Source of the DNA: Gammaproteobacteria bacterium
GTDB lineage: Bacteria > Pseudomonadota > Gammaproteobacteria > Eutrophobiales > Eutrophobiaceae
Length of the DNA: 64,000 nt
NCBI GenBank assembly: GCA_965215365.1
Contig: CBDCDS010000003.1
Span: 1,952,001 to 2,016,000 of the forward strand
Direction of reading: 5' to 3'
The notes beneath the pieces are model-generated. The model saw only the letters and a program-made list of their open reading frames with translations, ran no database searches and was not told where the DNA came from. Below, piece by piece: positions 62,435-64,000 of the stretch (positions are counted from its first letter, which is position 1; every line of letters begins with the position of its first letter). The position numbers were made by a program, and so were the translations under genes.

Positions 62435-63107
62435 TCAGCTATACTTGACCGCTACAGTCTCCCGCCGATATCCGGCAAGATCTTCTTCGGTCATTTGCTC
62501 AGCAGGAACGAGACAATAATGCTTCTCCTCATTGATAACCACCCCCTTTTCTCCTGTCTCAAAAATGAACAGCGCTATCAGATTATCCCCCATAAACTGT
62601 GCAGCTACAGGCTGGCAGACAAGTTGCGGAAATTTTGCTGCGCACGGTTGTGCGCAGGTGGTTTTGCAGGGAATAGCACGTCACCCCTGAAAAAATATCT
62701 ATAAGCCGGTTATATCGTAGTTTTGCTAATAGCGCCTGTTCATCATTCAGCGCATATCTGGTGATAATTCCAGGTGTCGCATCCGGGATTTTTATTTGTG
62801 CCAGAAGGGGGTTCGGAATAATATACGGCATTGACGTCAACGAAAATTTATACTTTGCCTGGCCCACTGAGCGGATAACCCATTCCAGACCGTCAGGGGC
62901 GAGTTTCCGAATTGATTCCGGTAATGCAATGCGGTAACGGAAGCTGTAAATAACATCACCAAGATTCTTGGGTAGAGCTATACCAAGTTCCTTTGCAGCG
63001 CTGACCAGATCTTCGCGCCGGAAGTTTACTTCCTGTGCATTCTTCCTGTAATTCTCGTTGAAGATATGTTCGATGAGTTGTGAATATCGGTTTCCAGTCT
63101 TGGCCAT
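62435..63107 (-). pseudogene. Restriction-endonuclease-like gene with internal deletion and frameshift
   Basis: N-part ends ...LQNHLRTTV; C-part CAAKFPQLVCQPVAAQFMGDNLIALFIFE...EKHYCLVP...* continues in another frame from ~62644. Confidence 0.7.
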
Positions 63108-63118
63108 TTTGCCTCTCC

Positions 63119-64000
63119 TTATTGGCGCCCGGGCCACCTCAAGACAACTACTTCTTCCCGCATCTGTTTGCGGGTCGCTGTAGCCAGGCGGGTGCGAAAC
63201 AGGTCGATGCTGATGACCTGATAGCCCAGTGACCGGGCTATGTCTGCAAGTATTTGCCCAGTGCGGATCATAACCTGGAGGAAAGAGGCCTGATCGCCCA
63301 CAACATAACCGAGACAGGCTCCCGGTTTTAGAAACGGTCGCAATTCCGCCAGATGCCGGGCCATGCCGCCGAAATACAATCTGGTCACCTTTGCGTATTG
63401 CCTTTCAAAACCAGAGGTCTTGCCCAGCGTAATTCTGCGCTGTTCTATCTCTTCGGCTATTGCCTGTATCTCTGCATGACCCGTCACCCAGCCGTCATCA
63501 TCGTCGCCCTTATAGACGTTACGTGAATTGGATCTGAGCAGGCCTTTTTTCAATCCTCGCAATTCTTCCCTGTTATTGATATATCCTAACATCACGCTTT
63601 CCAGCCGCGTGGTTCTGGTATAGTCCTTCTCATTCGGATAAGGCGGGGACGTAAAAACAGCGCTGATACTTGCAGGGGATAATAGCGAGGCCAGCTGCCG
63701 TGCGTCTGCGTGATATACCGTGGCGGGTACATTTCGGCATGTTTTCATACGCAAATCCGCAACAATTTTATCCACTTCAGTCAACCAGCTCTCGATAACG
63801 GGTGCGTCTGCTTTTTTCGTTCGCCGCACCCCCACCTCCGGGCCAAAATACAGGTTGCTGGCGGAGTAAACCAGTGTTTTGGCAAATGCCAGTAGTTCAT
63901 GACGCTTATAGCAGGCGTCATTATCAGCCTCGATTTGTTCCAGCAGCGCCAGTGCTTTATGCAAAGGCAGGGGACTGATCGAGCCTTTCAATAACAGACA
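63119..64000 (-). CDS. DNA methyltransferase (N4-cytosine type), 5' part outside the window
   Basis: FTSPPYPNEKDYTRTTRLE, YVVGDQ; upstream of the endonuclease-like gene. Confidence 0.85.
   Translation of the reverse strand, partial: CLLLKGSISPLPLHKALALLEQIEADNDACYKRHELLAFAKTLVYSASNLYFGPEVGVRRTKKADAPVIESWLTEVDKIVADLRMKTCRNVPATVYHADARQLASLLSPASISAVFTSPPYPNEKDYTRTTRLESVMLGYINNREELRGLKKGLLRSNSRNVYKGDDDDGWVTGHAEIQAIAEEIEQRRITLGKTSGFERQYAKVTRLYFGGMARHLAELRPFLKPGACLGYVVGDQASFLQVMIRTGQILADIARSLGYQVISIDLFRTRLATATRKQMREEVVVLRWPGRQ

Overview
This is a gammaproteobacterial chromosomal window (~57% GC by eye). The housekeeping backbone runs cysS, a tRNA-Pro/Arg/His/Lys cluster, tRNA-Leu, tig-clpP-clpX-lon, a yadGH-like ABC pair, lipB, lipA, xseA, guaB-guaA, SAH riboswitch-ahcY-metF, an MSHA/T2SS-like pilus cluster, TRAP dctP, uvrD and pmbA. 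Many backbone junctions hold a small accessory islet with no integrase: toxin-antitoxin pairs, restriction-modification genes, DUF4143-type AAA ATPases, an IS481 element and small secreted proteins. Several islets are reduced to short relics by internal deletions that the ORF track misses (ApaLI-like REase/MTase, sulfatase, AAA ATPase, type III Res, VapBC, and an endonuclease apparently missing its catalytic segment). The best leads are: (1) two unlinked secreted Calx-beta-like genes, each with a poly-C tract just after its start codon and each currently out of frame, a candidate phase-variable surface-protein family; (2) an MTase-GIY-YIG fusion next to a 1.7-kaa exonuclease-RecQ-UvrD double helicase, a candidate defence unit; (3) a 990-aa pilus-associated protein with six ~70-aa repeats resembling phage virion proteins; (4) two MITE families that supply start and stop codons to host genes, one of which appears to have mediated a lipA-TA-xseA tandem duplication whose two copies carry different TA cassettes. 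The gene content suggests a host-associated marine bacterium such as a sponge symbiont, but that is inference. No database searches were run; family calls rest on recognised motifs.
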